Below the pieces are notes generated by a model. That model worked only from the letters and a program-made list of their open reading frames with translations. It was not told where the DNA came from and did not search any database. Positions 55,138 through 63,503 of a DNA stretch of 64,000 bases are shown here, one piece after another (the first letter of the stretch is position 1; every line of letters starts with the position of its first letter). Source of the stretch: Candidatus Kaiserbacteria bacterium RIFCSPHIGHO2_01_FULL_53_29. GTDB taxonomy: Bacteria > Patescibacteriota > Minisyncoccia > Phycocordibacterales > UBA2100. Both the position numbers and the translations under genes were made by a program. The stretch lies in contig MFKT01000021.1 in the NCBI GenBank assembly GCA_001781125.1, forward strand, positions 5,178 through 69,177. Direction: 5' to 3'.

Positions 55138-55575
55138 ATGAAAGACGGAAAGAAAGTAGGATTTACCGCCGGGGCATTCGACCTCTGTCACGCCGGACAC
55201 ATGCTCATGTTCGAAGAGGCAAAGACGGTTTGCGAGCACCTCATCGTCGCACTTCAGAGCGACCCGAGTATCGATAGGCCTGACGTCAAGAATAAGCCCA
55301 TCATGTCTCTGAAGGAGCGCATGATAATTCTCAAAGGCATCAAGTACATCGACGAGATAGTGACTTACGACACGGAGGTTGACCTTCTCAAAATGCTTAC
55401 CGAAAACAAGCTGGGCATCGACGTACGTATCTTGGGTGTCGAGTACAAGGACAAGCCCTATACGGGGCGCGATCTGCCGCTGCCGGTCTATTTCAACTCA
55501 CGCGACCATGGTTTCTCGACAACGGAATTACGGGAAAGGGTGTACGAGGCCGAGAAGCTGAAGAACGGGAATTGA
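55138..55575 (+). CDS. cytidylyltransferase-like nucleotidyltransferase (TagD / RfaE-domain-II-like)
   Basis: GFTAGAFDLCHAGHMLMFEEAK (HxGH motif). Confidence 0.7.
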   Translation: MKDGKKVGFTAGAFDLCHAGHMLMFEEAKTVCEHLIVALQSDPSIDRPDVKNKPIMSLKERMIILKGIKYIDEIVTYDTEVDLLKMLTENKLGIDVRILGVEYKDKPYTGRDLPLPVYFNSRDHGFSTTELRERVYEAEKLKNGN

Positions 55576-55599
55576 ATAGGCAACGTAAGTCAGCCGCGA

Positions 55600-55696
55600 C
55601 GTCGAAAGCAACGGCTTTCGACGCGATTTGCGCCGTTGCGCAAATCGCCCGTACGCGCCGGGCCGCCCGCACACTTCGTGCTACGGGCGGCCCGGC
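55600..55696 (+). other. array of three consecutive perfect hairpins (structured RNA or terminator cluster candidate)
   Basis: CGTCGAAAGC-aacg-GCTTTCGACG; GATTTGCGC-cgtt-GCGCAAATC; GCCGGGCCGCCCG-14nt-CGGGCGGCCCGGC. Not repeats of one another; no T-tract. Confidence 0.4.
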
Positions 55697-56042
55697 TTAC
55701 ATGATGACCTTCTTCAGATCATAGATATTTTGATCCATGACGTGATGCTAGCGTCTAACAAAGAGCATCTTCGAAAGAACTTACTTCTGGAGTAATTTTC
55801 GCAGGAGCGCAGTGAAATTAAAGTGAAGAAATTATACCCAGAGCGCAAGAACTGCCAAATAATTAATAGGAACCATAGTAAATATCTAGGAAGTTAGCCG
55901 CTAATGGGAGTATTGTAACATACGGTAGGGAAGTGGATAACCGAGTAGCGCGCTTCATGAGTGGGTACATACTGGTGGGGTATAAACAGCAATCCTGTAA
56001 CGGGGTCGAGTTTACCAACCAATTTTTTCTCCACATACGCAT

Positions 56043-56279
56043 ATGAAAGGTTTACACATGGTTTCCTGGATCCTCCTCATCGTCGGTGGCCTCAATTGGG
56101 GTCTTGTCGGCTTGGGAGAATTCATGGGAGGCAACTGGAATGTGGTCGGTATGATCCTCGGCTCGTGGCCGGCGGTAGAATGGCTCGTATACATTCTCGT
56201 CGGTCTCTCGGCGGTCTACGAGGTCGTTACGCACAAGGGCAATTGCAAGCTGTGCGGCGGCTCGGGGATGTCGATGTAA
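56043..56279 (+). CDS. DUF378-family small membrane protein
   Basis: IVGGLNWGLVGLGEF motif. Confidence 0.55.
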   Translation: MKGLHMVSWILLIVGGLNWGLVGLGEFMGGNWNVVGMILGSWPAVEWLVYILVGLSAVYEVVTHKGNCKLCGGSGMSM

Positions 56280-56400
56280 GGGTTTTGTCCGAAGCCCCCG
56301 CGCCCTCGGCCTGGGGCTTTGTGGCATGTCCACAGCCACCCTCGCGTCCCCTTGCGTAGGGGGTATACTGGTTCCCATAACAGATAACAAACGATAACGT

Positions 56401-56658
56401 ATGGTTAGAACAGCGAATCCCGCATTATTAAAGCCGCTCAACCTTTCTGCCGAGCTCGAGGCGGTCGTGGGCAAGGGGCCCATGTCGCGAGGTCAGGTAG
56501 TGAAGCAGATTTGGGTATATATCAAGAAGCACGATCTCCAGAATCCAGCCAACAAGCGCAACATTCTGGCTGACGACAAGCTGAAGCCACTCTTTGGCGG
56601 AAAAGGTGAAGTCACGATGTTCGAGATGACGAAACTCGTCTCTGGACACATGAAGTAA
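56401..56658 (+). CDS. SWIB/MDM2-domain protein
   Basis: SAELEAVVGKGPMSRGQVVKQIWVYIKKHDLQNPANKRNILADDKLKPLFG...MFEMTKLVSGHM. Confidence 0.7.
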   Translation: MVRTANPALLKPLNLSAELEAVVGKGPMSRGQVVKQIWVYIKKHDLQNPANKRNILADDKLKPLFGGKGEVTMFEMTKLVSGHMK

Positions 56659-56680
56659 GGAAAAAAGAGAGCAAAGAATG

Positions 56681-56707
56681 AGGCCGCCCCGACGGGGCGG
56701 CCTTTAT
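56681..56707 (+). terminator. rho-independent terminator after the SWIB gene
   Basis: AGGCCGCCCC-gac-GGGGCGGCCT followed by TTAT. Confidence 0.6.
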
Positions 56708-56722
56708 GGTAGACTAGTATGC

Positions 56723-56956
56723 ATGACGAAGCTGTTTGAAGAGGGAATCGAGGCGGTGAAGAATCTGCCGCGTGCTCGGCAAGACGTCGCAGGGGAATTT
56801 TTGCTTGCGATTGCGGAACAGAACGCCCGGTCTTATAGCCTCAGCGAAGAGCAGGTAAAGGAGGTCAAGCGCCGACAGCAAGCTTTCAAGAGGGGCAAAG
56901 AGCCCTACGTAAGTGACAAAGAAATGGCCAGACTTTGGAAAAAGTTGGGTCTATGA
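56723..56956 (+). CDS. type II antitoxin (ParD/Phd-like, putative)
   Basis: 78-aa helical protein immediately upstream of, and overlapping by 4 nt, a RelE/ParE toxin. Confidence 0.45.
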   Translation: MTKLFEEGIEAVKNLPRARQDVAGEFLLAIAEQNARSYSLSEEQVKEVKRRQQAFKRGKEPYVSDKEMARLWKKLGL

Positions 56957-57234
56957 GAGTGAGGTATCGGCGGCGTGCCAAGCTCGATGTCGAGAACCTG
57001 TACCGCTACATTGGTGAGCGAGATCAGCACGCAGCGACTTCGGTTGCCGCGCGCATTCGTTTTGCCGTCAGTCGTCTTGGAGCGTGGCCATATATGGGAC
57101 ACGTGGGAAGCGCGGCAAAAACATACGAGTGGATCGTCGCTGGACTACCCTTTGTAATTGTCTACGAAGTTGATGAAGTGGCGAACGAAATCGCGATTAT
57201 CGCTGTCTTCCATTGCGCGCAAGATCGTCCATAA
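56953..57234 (+). CDS. type II toxin, RelE/ParE family
   Basis: RelE/ParE fold motifs: C-terminal WIVAGLPFVIVYEVDEVANEIAIIAVFHCAQDRP. Confidence 0.6.
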   Translation: MRVRYRRRAKLDVENLYRYIGERDQHAATSVAARIRFAVSRLGAWPYMGHVGSAAKTYEWIVAGLPFVIVYEVDEVANEIAIIAVFHCAQDRP

Positions 57235-57238
57235 ACGT

Positions 57239-57288
57239 GAGGTCATCATGTTTGAAATGACCAAGCCGTCTCGGCGCACATGAAGTAA
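57239..57288 (+). repeat. diverged duplicate of the SWIB gene 3' end
   Basis: GAGGTCATCATGTTTGAAATGACCAAGCCGTCTCGGCGCACATGAAGTAA versus 56608-56658 GAAGTCACGATGTTCGAGATGACGAAACTCGTCTCTGGACACATGAAGTAA. Roughly 75% identity by eye; not computed. Confidence 0.5.
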
Positions 57289-57309
57289 ACGTTTCCAAAG
57301 AGTTTTCCA

Positions 57310-57339
57310 GCCGCGGCCCCGTAAGGGGCCGCGGCTTTT
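57310..57339 (+). terminator. rho-independent terminator
   Basis: GCCGCGGCCCC-gtaa-GGGGCCGCGGC-TTTT. Confidence 0.7.
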
Positions 57340-57435
57340 CAACAGAGCTCTTGATTAGTTGGAACTTTCGCCCAATAATGGCGAGACGGTCTTTAACTTA
57401 ATTGACGACGATACAGTGTCTCTTGGAGGTCAAGG

Positions 57436-57825
57436 ATGAAACGGGCAATAAGTCTGCTTATGCGGTCATTTCCGCACTTGTTCGACGGTAGCGGTGTGTC
57501 GCAGTATCAGCCGCCCACCGTTGTTCTACGCGTACGGGAAGTGTGCCGAGTTAGGGCCTATTACGCGATCGGTTGTTGGGATATGGTGTCTGTAACCACC
57601 TTGCCTCCATGTGTTGAAGTGGAGGCCGCTTATCGAGCCCTCTTGGGAACTCGTTGGTGCGGACCAATCCTCTCGTACGATCGTCTGCACGATCGGCTTA
57701 TCGACCGACTCGGGGAATACAAACACGCCAAACGGTTTGAAGGACTTCGCGCGGCGCGAGAATTAATCCGCTGGGGCCTCAACATTAGAAACGGAGTGCC
57801 GTCGGATTACCAGCTGCCGCAATGA
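57436..57825 (+). CDS. hypothetical protein
   Basis: 129-aa ORF followed by a terminator; no recognisable motifs. Confidence 0.3.
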   Translation: MKRAISLLMRSFPHLFDGSGVSQYQPPTVVLRVREVCRVRAYYAIGCWDMVSVTTLPPCVEVEAAYRALLGTRWCGPILSYDRLHDRLIDRLGEYKHAKRFEGLRAARELIRWGLNIRNGVPSDYQLPQ

Positions 57826-57851
57826 CGCGGCAATGTTCAAAAGAGAGTGAC

Positions 57852-57891
57852 GAGGCGCCGCGGTTCGGATACCACGGCGCCTCTTGTTTTT
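57852..57891 (+). terminator. rho-independent terminator
   Basis: GAGGCGCCG-14nt-CGGCGCCTC-TTGTTTTT. Confidence 0.55.
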
Positions 57892-58024
57892 CTTTATGTA
57901 ACGAAGCCCTAGACTTCTTCACAAGGATGACGTCTAAGCTTGTCCACACGCTTGACAAGCTGCCAGAAAGGATAATTATGCTAGTAATTAGGATAATTAT
58001 TAATGTAATTAATCTAGCGCGCGC

Positions 58025-59458
58025 ATGATTAATGCTAACTTGAAAGATTTTTTAGAGATCCCATACGACAAACTCGAGGAGATGAATTTGAAGGCGAAGG
58101 AAAATGCGGAGAAGAAAAGCGAGGCTCAATTAGAGAAAGAATACATCACGTGGCTCAAAAAGGAGAAGCGGGTGAAGGCGGTGACATTGTGTTTTTCCGA
58201 TATCGAGGGGCGGCTCCACATGCTCGATTACGACAAGAAGTTTTTGCTCGATTCGCTTTCCAATCTTACCTTCGACGGCTCCTCTATCCGTGGCTTCACA
58301 CCGCAGCACGAAAGCGATCTGCGGCTCGAGGTGGACTGGGCGAGCATTCGCTGGATGCCGGCGGACGTATTCGGGCCGGGCAAAGTGATGTTTTTCGCGA
58401 CGGTCCTCAATCGCGACCGCACGCCCTACATTTCTGATTTTAGAGGACGCCTCAGGGCATATACAGCCGAACTGAAGAAAAAAGAGGGTTTGACGGCGTA
58501 TGCCGCGCCGGAGATCGAAGGATTCGTGATAGATGGCGAGAATTCCGAACAGGATTTTGACCCGAATGTCGGATTCAAGCTTATCTCAAGTGGAGGCTAC
58601 TTCCATTCGCTCCCGATGGATCCGCTGCGCATCTTCATCGACGCTTCGGCAGAAGCGCAACGGGCCCTTGGGTTCAAGAATGAAAAGGATCACCCCGAAG
58701 TCGCACCTTCGCAATTCGAGATGAATTTCTCCTACGCCGAAGTGGTGCGCGCGGCAGACAATGTGCAGCTCTACAAGCTCGTCTGCCGGCAAGTCGCGCG
58801 CAACATGGGGCTCACCGCGAGCTTTCTCCCGAAGCCCCTCATGGGTATCAACGGAAGCGGTATGCACACCAATTTTTCACTGGGGAAAGGCGGCAAAAAT
58901 ATCTTCTACGATCCGAAGGGTGGAGAGGGACTTTCGAAGACCGCGTGGGATTTCATTCTGAAGCTTCTCAATCACGCGCCGGAGATCTGCCTCATTCTCA
59001 ATTCTTCGGTCAACGCGTACCGCCGGCTCGATCCGCATTTCGAGGCGCCCAACCAGATCAAGGTCTCGGCGATAGACCGCGGGAGCATGATACGTATTCC
59101 GGTGGGCAACGAGCGCACGGCGCGCATCGAGCTGCGCTCTGTGGCACCGGATGCCAATCCCTACCTCGTGCTCTTCACAATGCTCAAAGTCGGCATGGAA
59201 GGGAAGCGGCTCGCCAAGGATGAAAGTAAGCGCGATCGCGTCCGCTATCTTTCCGACAATATCTACGACGCCATCGCGCTTATGAAGAGCAGCAAATTCA
59301 TAGCCGATGCATTGGGTGAGGAGAGCAAGGAGAAGTTTATCAAGTTTAAACAAGCCGCGGCGGATCGATCGCCGAAAGCCTTGGGAACGACCGTGAAGCG
59401 GTCGGAGATCATTTATCATCATGAGGTAACAAATCAACTTCTATGGAACAACTTCTAA
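58025..59458 (+). CDS. glnA: glutamine synthetase (type I-like, with N-terminal extension)
   Basis: NGSGMHTNFSL; the ATP-binding and glutamate-binding regions. Confidence 0.85.
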   Translation: MINANLKDFLEIPYDKLEEMNLKAKENAEKKSEAQLEKEYITWLKKEKRVKAVTLCFSDIEGRLHMLDYDKKFLLDSLSNLTFDGSSIRGFTPQHESDLRLEVDWASIRWMPADVFGPGKVMFFATVLNRDRTPYISDFRGRLRAYTAELKKKEGLTAYAAPEIEGFVIDGENSEQDFDPNVGFKLISSGGYFHSLPMDPLRIFIDASAEAQRALGFKNEKDHPEVAPSQFEMNFSYAEVVRAADNVQLYKLVCRQVARNMGLTASFLPKPLMGINGSGMHTNFSLGKGGKNIFYDPKGGEGLSKTAWDFILKLLNHAPEICLILNSSVNAYRRLDPHFEAPNQIKVSAIDRGSMIRIPVGNERTARIELRSVAPDANPYLVLFTMLKVGMEGKRLAKDESKRDRVRYLSDNIYDAIALMKSSKFIADALGEESKEKFIKFKQAAADRSPKALGTTVKRSEIIYHHEVTNQLLWNNF

Positions 59459-60810
59459 ATGCTGCGGGTGCGCGACGATTCTGGACGCATCTTCTCTTGT
59501 GGCTTGTGGGCGGCGCGGCTATCGGATGGAGCGCCGTGTATTTTGCGGGCGCCTCCGCTGGCGTGTTTGATGCGGCCTCGATCAACCCGGGCGACACCGC
59601 ATGGATGCTCGCTTCCGCTGCGCTTGTCATGCTTATGACGCCGGCTGTCGGATTTTTCTACGGCGGCATGGTGTCGTCGAAAAATGTGGTTTCGGTCATC
59701 AAACAGTCGATGATCATTCTCGCACTCGTTTCTGTGCAATGGGTCGTCATCGGCTACTCGCTCGCGTTCGGACCCGACACGGGCTCTGGCTTCATCGGCA
59801 ATCTCGCCAATTTCGGTTTGCGGGGTGTGGGATTTGCGCCCGACCCCAATTACGCGGGCACGATCCCCGCCCTTGTATTCATGATCTTTCAGGCGATGTT
59901 TGCCATCATCACGCCCGCGCTCATCATCGGCGCGTTCGTCGAGCGCATCAAATTCAAGACACTCGTTATTTTTACACTCTTGTGGGCGACACTCGTCTAT
60001 GACCCCGTCGCGCACTGGGTATGGTCACCGGATGGGTGGCTTCGCGCGATGGGTGCTTTGGACTTTGCGGGAGGCACTGTCGTGCACATGACTGCAGGAT
60101 TCTCCGCACTCGCAGCGGCACTTCTCGTCGGAAAGCGCTTGGACACACATCACCCCGGAGCGACTGCCAACAACGTACCGTTCGTCATTCTCGGAGCCGC
60201 GTTGCTCTGGTTTGGCTGGTTTGGATTCAACGCAGGCTCGGCACTTGCGGCAGGGGCTCTCGCTGCCAGCGCATTCGTCGTCACAAATACCGCAGCAGCG
60301 GCAGCAGCACTCACGTGGGTCGCGCTCTCGTGGGCTGAAAACAAGAAACCATCCGCTCTTGCAGCTGCGATCGGTGCCGTGTGCGGATTGGTCGCCATCA
60401 CGCCGGCTTCCGGCTATGTCGGACCCATCGCGGCGCTTGCGATCGGTGTCCTCGGAGGCGTCGTTACCTATGCGGCAGTCTATATCCGCAGCAAGGCGAT
60501 CAAGATCGACGATACGCTCGACGTATGGGCGGCGCACGGCATCGGCGGGCTTACTGGTGCCATACTCACCGGAGTATTCGCAGAGAAAGCCATCAATGCA
60601 GCGGGCAACAACGGTCTTCTCTTCGGTAATCCGCAGCAGCTCGTCGTGCAGATCATTGCGGTGGCCGCAGTCGGCTTGTATTCATTTGTAGCAACATGGA
60701 TCATTCTCAAAGTCCTTGCCGCTATCAAATTCCCGTTGCGTGTTTCACCAGCCGAGGAAGCTGAAGGTCTCGACATGGCCACCCACGGCGAATCGGCGTA
60801 TCGGGTGTAG
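59443..60810 (+). CDS. amt: ammonium transporter (Amt family)
   Basis: 11-TM Amt fold: DFAGGTVVHM, LWFGWFGFNAGS. Confidence 0.85.
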   Translation: MEQLLNAAGARRFWTHLLLWLVGGAAIGWSAVYFAGASAGVFDAASINPGDTAWMLASAALVMLMTPAVGFFYGGMVSSKNVVSVIKQSMIILALVSVQWVVIGYSLAFGPDTGSGFIGNLANFGLRGVGFAPDPNYAGTIPALVFMIFQAMFAIITPALIIGAFVERIKFKTLVIFTLLWATLVYDPVAHWVWSPDGWLRAMGALDFAGGTVVHMTAGFSALAAALLVGKRLDTHHPGATANNVPFVILGAALLWFGWFGFNAGSALAAGALAASAFVVTNTAAAAAALTWVALSWAENKKPSALAAAIGAVCGLVAITPASGYVGPIAALAIGVLGGVVTYAAVYIRSKAIKIDDTLDVWAAHGIGGLTGAILTGVFAEKAINAAGNNGLLFGNPQQLVVQIIAVAAVGLYSFVATWIILKVLAAIKFPLRVSPAEEAEGLDMATHGESAYRV

Positions 60811-60905
60811 GTGACCCCGCTCGAAGAGAGCGCCCGTAGGGGCCGAATGTCGGCTACTGCCGATATGAGGCGGGTCAGGCACACGCGAGCACGTGCGGGC
60901 CAAGT

Positions 60906-61592
60906 TTATTTTCCGATCCGCCGCTCGCGAAGCACGTACTCCTTGAGAACTTCCTCAAGATCTGCTTTCGTGAACGCAGGCCAGTATTTTTTTACAAAAA
61001 ATAATTCGCTATATGCGCTTTGCCAAAGAAGGAAATTGGAGAGGCGTTGCTCTCCGGCAGTCCGAATGATGAGGTCAGGGTCGGGCATACCCCTCGTCCA
61101 TAAATAGTCTACGAGTGATCCTTCTGTTATCGCTCCGTCCGTTTCCACTGCGGCTCGTGCGGAATTAACGATTTCCGCTCTGCCGCCGTATGAAATACAT
61201 ATCCACACCGTGAGGTCGGGCTTCTCGGGATTTTTTGCTTCGGCTTTATTCATCGCGTCTTGCAAGGCTTGGGAGAAACGTTCCCGTTGTCCCACAAAGC
61301 GGACGGCGATATTGTCTTCTCCAAGTTTTGTCAAACGTTCACGGGCCATCGACTCAAAGAGTCCCATGAGATACGAAACCTCTTCTTTTGATCGATTCCA
61401 ATTCTCTGTCGAGAAGGCATACACCGCCATATGCTGAATACCAAAATGCCGGGCCGCACGGCCGATCGTTTCAATATTATCCAACCCCCGTCGATGCCCT
61501 TCAAATGTTGGAAGGCCGTGCTCTTTAGCCCACCGGCGATTTCCGTCGAGGATAATTCCAATGCATGCAGGAGTTGTATCCGGCTCGGTCAT
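60906..61592 (-). CDS. uppS: isoprenyl transferase (undecaprenyl diphosphate synthase family)
   Basis: GIILDGNRRWA; RTAGEQRLSNFLLWQSAYSELFF. Confidence 0.85.
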   Translation of the reverse strand: MTEPDTTPACIGIILDGNRRWAKEHGLPTFEGHRRGLDNIETIGRAARHFGIQHMAVYAFSTENWNRSKEEVSYLMGLFESMARERLTKLGEDNIAVRFVGQRERFSQALQDAMNKAEAKNPEKPDLTVWICISYGGRAEIVNSARAAVETDGAITEGSLVDYLWTRGMPDPDLIIRTAGEQRLSNFLLWQSAYSELFFVKKYWPAFTKADLEEVLKEYVLRERRIGK

Positions 61593-61655
61593 AATGACAC
61601 GCCAATACTAGCAGGGAACGTATCGTAATGCGAAAGATTCTTGTAGACTTGGCCC

Positions 61656-62486
61656 ATGCGCCACTCCTTCGCCCCCGGCAAGATAATTCTCTCCGGGGAG
61701 TATGCCGTGCTCTTCGGATATGCAGGCATCGCTGTCCCGTCCCCTTTGGGAATACAGGTTGAGTTTGACGAAGATGCCGCGTCTGATCGCATCGAGATAT
61801 ATTGGGAAGGAGCGAACAATGAGTGGCTAACGTACGCGGAGAAAATAGTCGGGAAGACCGATTCGAAATTGCGCGGTCATCTCACTATTCATTCGAATCT
61901 CCAGCTCGGAAAAGGGATGGGGTCGTCAACCGCACTCCTCATAGTCGTTACCCGCGCACTCTTGGGTGAAAACTCTCGAAAGGAAGCGCTCCTCATCGAA
62001 GATGCGCTGAACCCTGGACACAGCGGTTTTGATTTCGCCACCATTTGGGAAGGCGTCCCCATCCTGTTTCGCAAAGGAGATACTGCAAAGCGTATTGATA
62101 TCTCGGCGGAACTATTGCGCGGAGCCATGCTCATCGACACGGGACTCCCGAGTGAATCTACGGCGGAGCTGGTTGCGTGGATGCGGAGTCGCGAAAAACA
62201 AATAGAGGAGCCACTAAAGACCATAGGGAACTGCACAGAGCGGCTTGTGCGCGGTGAACCACTGGACGCTGTCATGCGCGACCATAACAGAGCGCAGATA
62301 ACACTCGGCGTGGTACCGCCGGATGTCGAGAAACTGATCGCCGCGATCGAACAGATAGGCGGAGCTGGTAAGGTCATCGGCGCGGGCAGCCGCACCGGTG
62401 GCGCGGGTATGGTACTCGCACTCGGAAATCAGGAAGGAATCAAAAATATTGCCTATCGGAGAGATATGCCTATAATGGCGCTCTGA
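61656..62486 (+). CDS. GHMP kinase (mevalonate kinase-like)
   Basis: APGKIILSGEYAVLFGY N-terminus; LGKGMGSSTAL GHMP ATP-binding motif. Gene context with mvaD and the HMG-CoA reductase gene. Confidence 0.55.
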   Translation: MRHSFAPGKIILSGEYAVLFGYAGIAVPSPLGIQVEFDEDAASDRIEIYWEGANNEWLTYAEKIVGKTDSKLRGHLTIHSNLQLGKGMGSSTALLIVVTRALLGENSRKEALLIEDALNPGHSGFDFATIWEGVPILFRKGDTAKRIDISAELLRGAMLIDTGLPSESTAELVAWMRSREKQIEEPLKTIGNCTERLVRGEPLDAVMRDHNRAQITLGVVPPDVEKLIAAIEQIGGAGKVIGAGSRTGGAGMVLALGNQEGIKNIAYRRDMPIMAL

Positions 62487-62487
62487 T

Positions 62488-63480
62488 ATGTCCGTTCGAG
62501 CAGTTTCCACGCCAAATATCGCCCTTATTAAATATTGGAGCAATCGTAATGAAGAATTGCGTTTGCCAGCCGCAGATTCGCTCTCGATGACACTCGACCG
62601 ACCGACGGTCGAAGTTGTCGTCGAATATGCGGAGCGATTCACTGCTCGCAGTTTCGAACCGGACGGTACGGCACGCATTCTCACCGACAAGGAGAGTAAG
62701 CGACTGGAGAAGCACTTCCTTCTCGTAAAAAAATATCTTGACACGATCGGCGCGGCTGTATTTCCTGCTTCCGTTTCGCTCGAAATCCGCTCAAAGATCC
62801 CCAAAAGTGTCGGTCTCGCCTCATCGGCGGCAGTCTTTAGTGTTCTTGCAGAAGCCTATGGGAGCTTTGCTAAAAAATTGTCGCGGCGCGATGTCAGTAT
62901 TCTCGCGCGTCTCGGCTCCGGCTCGGCGAGCCGGAGCGTCTTTGGAGGATTCGTTGCGATGATAGCCGGAGAGGGCGAGACAATCGGTGCCTCGTATGCG
63001 GAGCAAGTCGCACCGGAAAATCACTGGAAATTATGGGATATCATCATCGTGCCATCCCACAAGGAGAAAGAAACGGGATCCACCGAAGGCCACGCGCTCG
63101 CACGCACGAGCCCGCTTTTTGAAGCGCGGCTTCGGGAAATTCCCAATCGCCAAAAAATGTGTATTGAAGCGATCCGGCAAAAAGATTTTGAGAAACTTCA
63201 AAGAGTTGCTGAAGAAGACTGCCTTGATATGCACGCGGTCATGGCCTCGAGCACCCCATCGCTTCAGTATCTCTCCGAGGAGACGCATCGCATCATCCGC
63301 GACGTTGAGGAACTCCGAACTCGCGAGCATCTGGCAGTGCTCTACACCATGGACGCCGGCCCCACCGTGCATCTCATTTGCGACGAAAGCGCACTGCCGA
63401 GCGTGCGTGCGTATGCCCATACGCAGAAGGACTGCACGGTCTTTGAGGCTAGCATCGGAAGGGGATCACATACTTTGTGA
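62488..63480 (+). CDS. mvaD: diphosphomevalonate decarboxylase family
   Basis: PNIALIKYWSNRNEELRLPAADSLSMTLD; GLASSAAVFSVL. Confidence 0.75.
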   Translation: MSVRAVSTPNIALIKYWSNRNEELRLPAADSLSMTLDRPTVEVVVEYAERFTARSFEPDGTARILTDKESKRLEKHFLLVKKYLDTIGAAVFPASVSLEIRSKIPKSVGLASSAAVFSVLAEAYGSFAKKLSRRDVSILARLGSGSASRSVFGGFVAMIAGEGETIGASYAEQVAPENHWKLWDIIIVPSHKEKETGSTEGHALARTSPLFEARLREIPNRQKMCIEAIRQKDFEKLQRVAEEDCLDMHAVMASSTPSLQYLSEETHRIIRDVEELRTREHLAVLYTMDAGPTVHLICDESALPSVRAYAHTQKDCTVFEASIGRGSHTL

Positions 63481-63503
63481 TTCTTCGCTATAATCGGGCT
63501 GCA

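Noticed and set aside
55600-55696. Possible CRISPR-like array because of serial hairpins
   Set aside because: The three stems have unrelated sequences and unequal spacing. There are no repeat-spacer structure and no cas genes.
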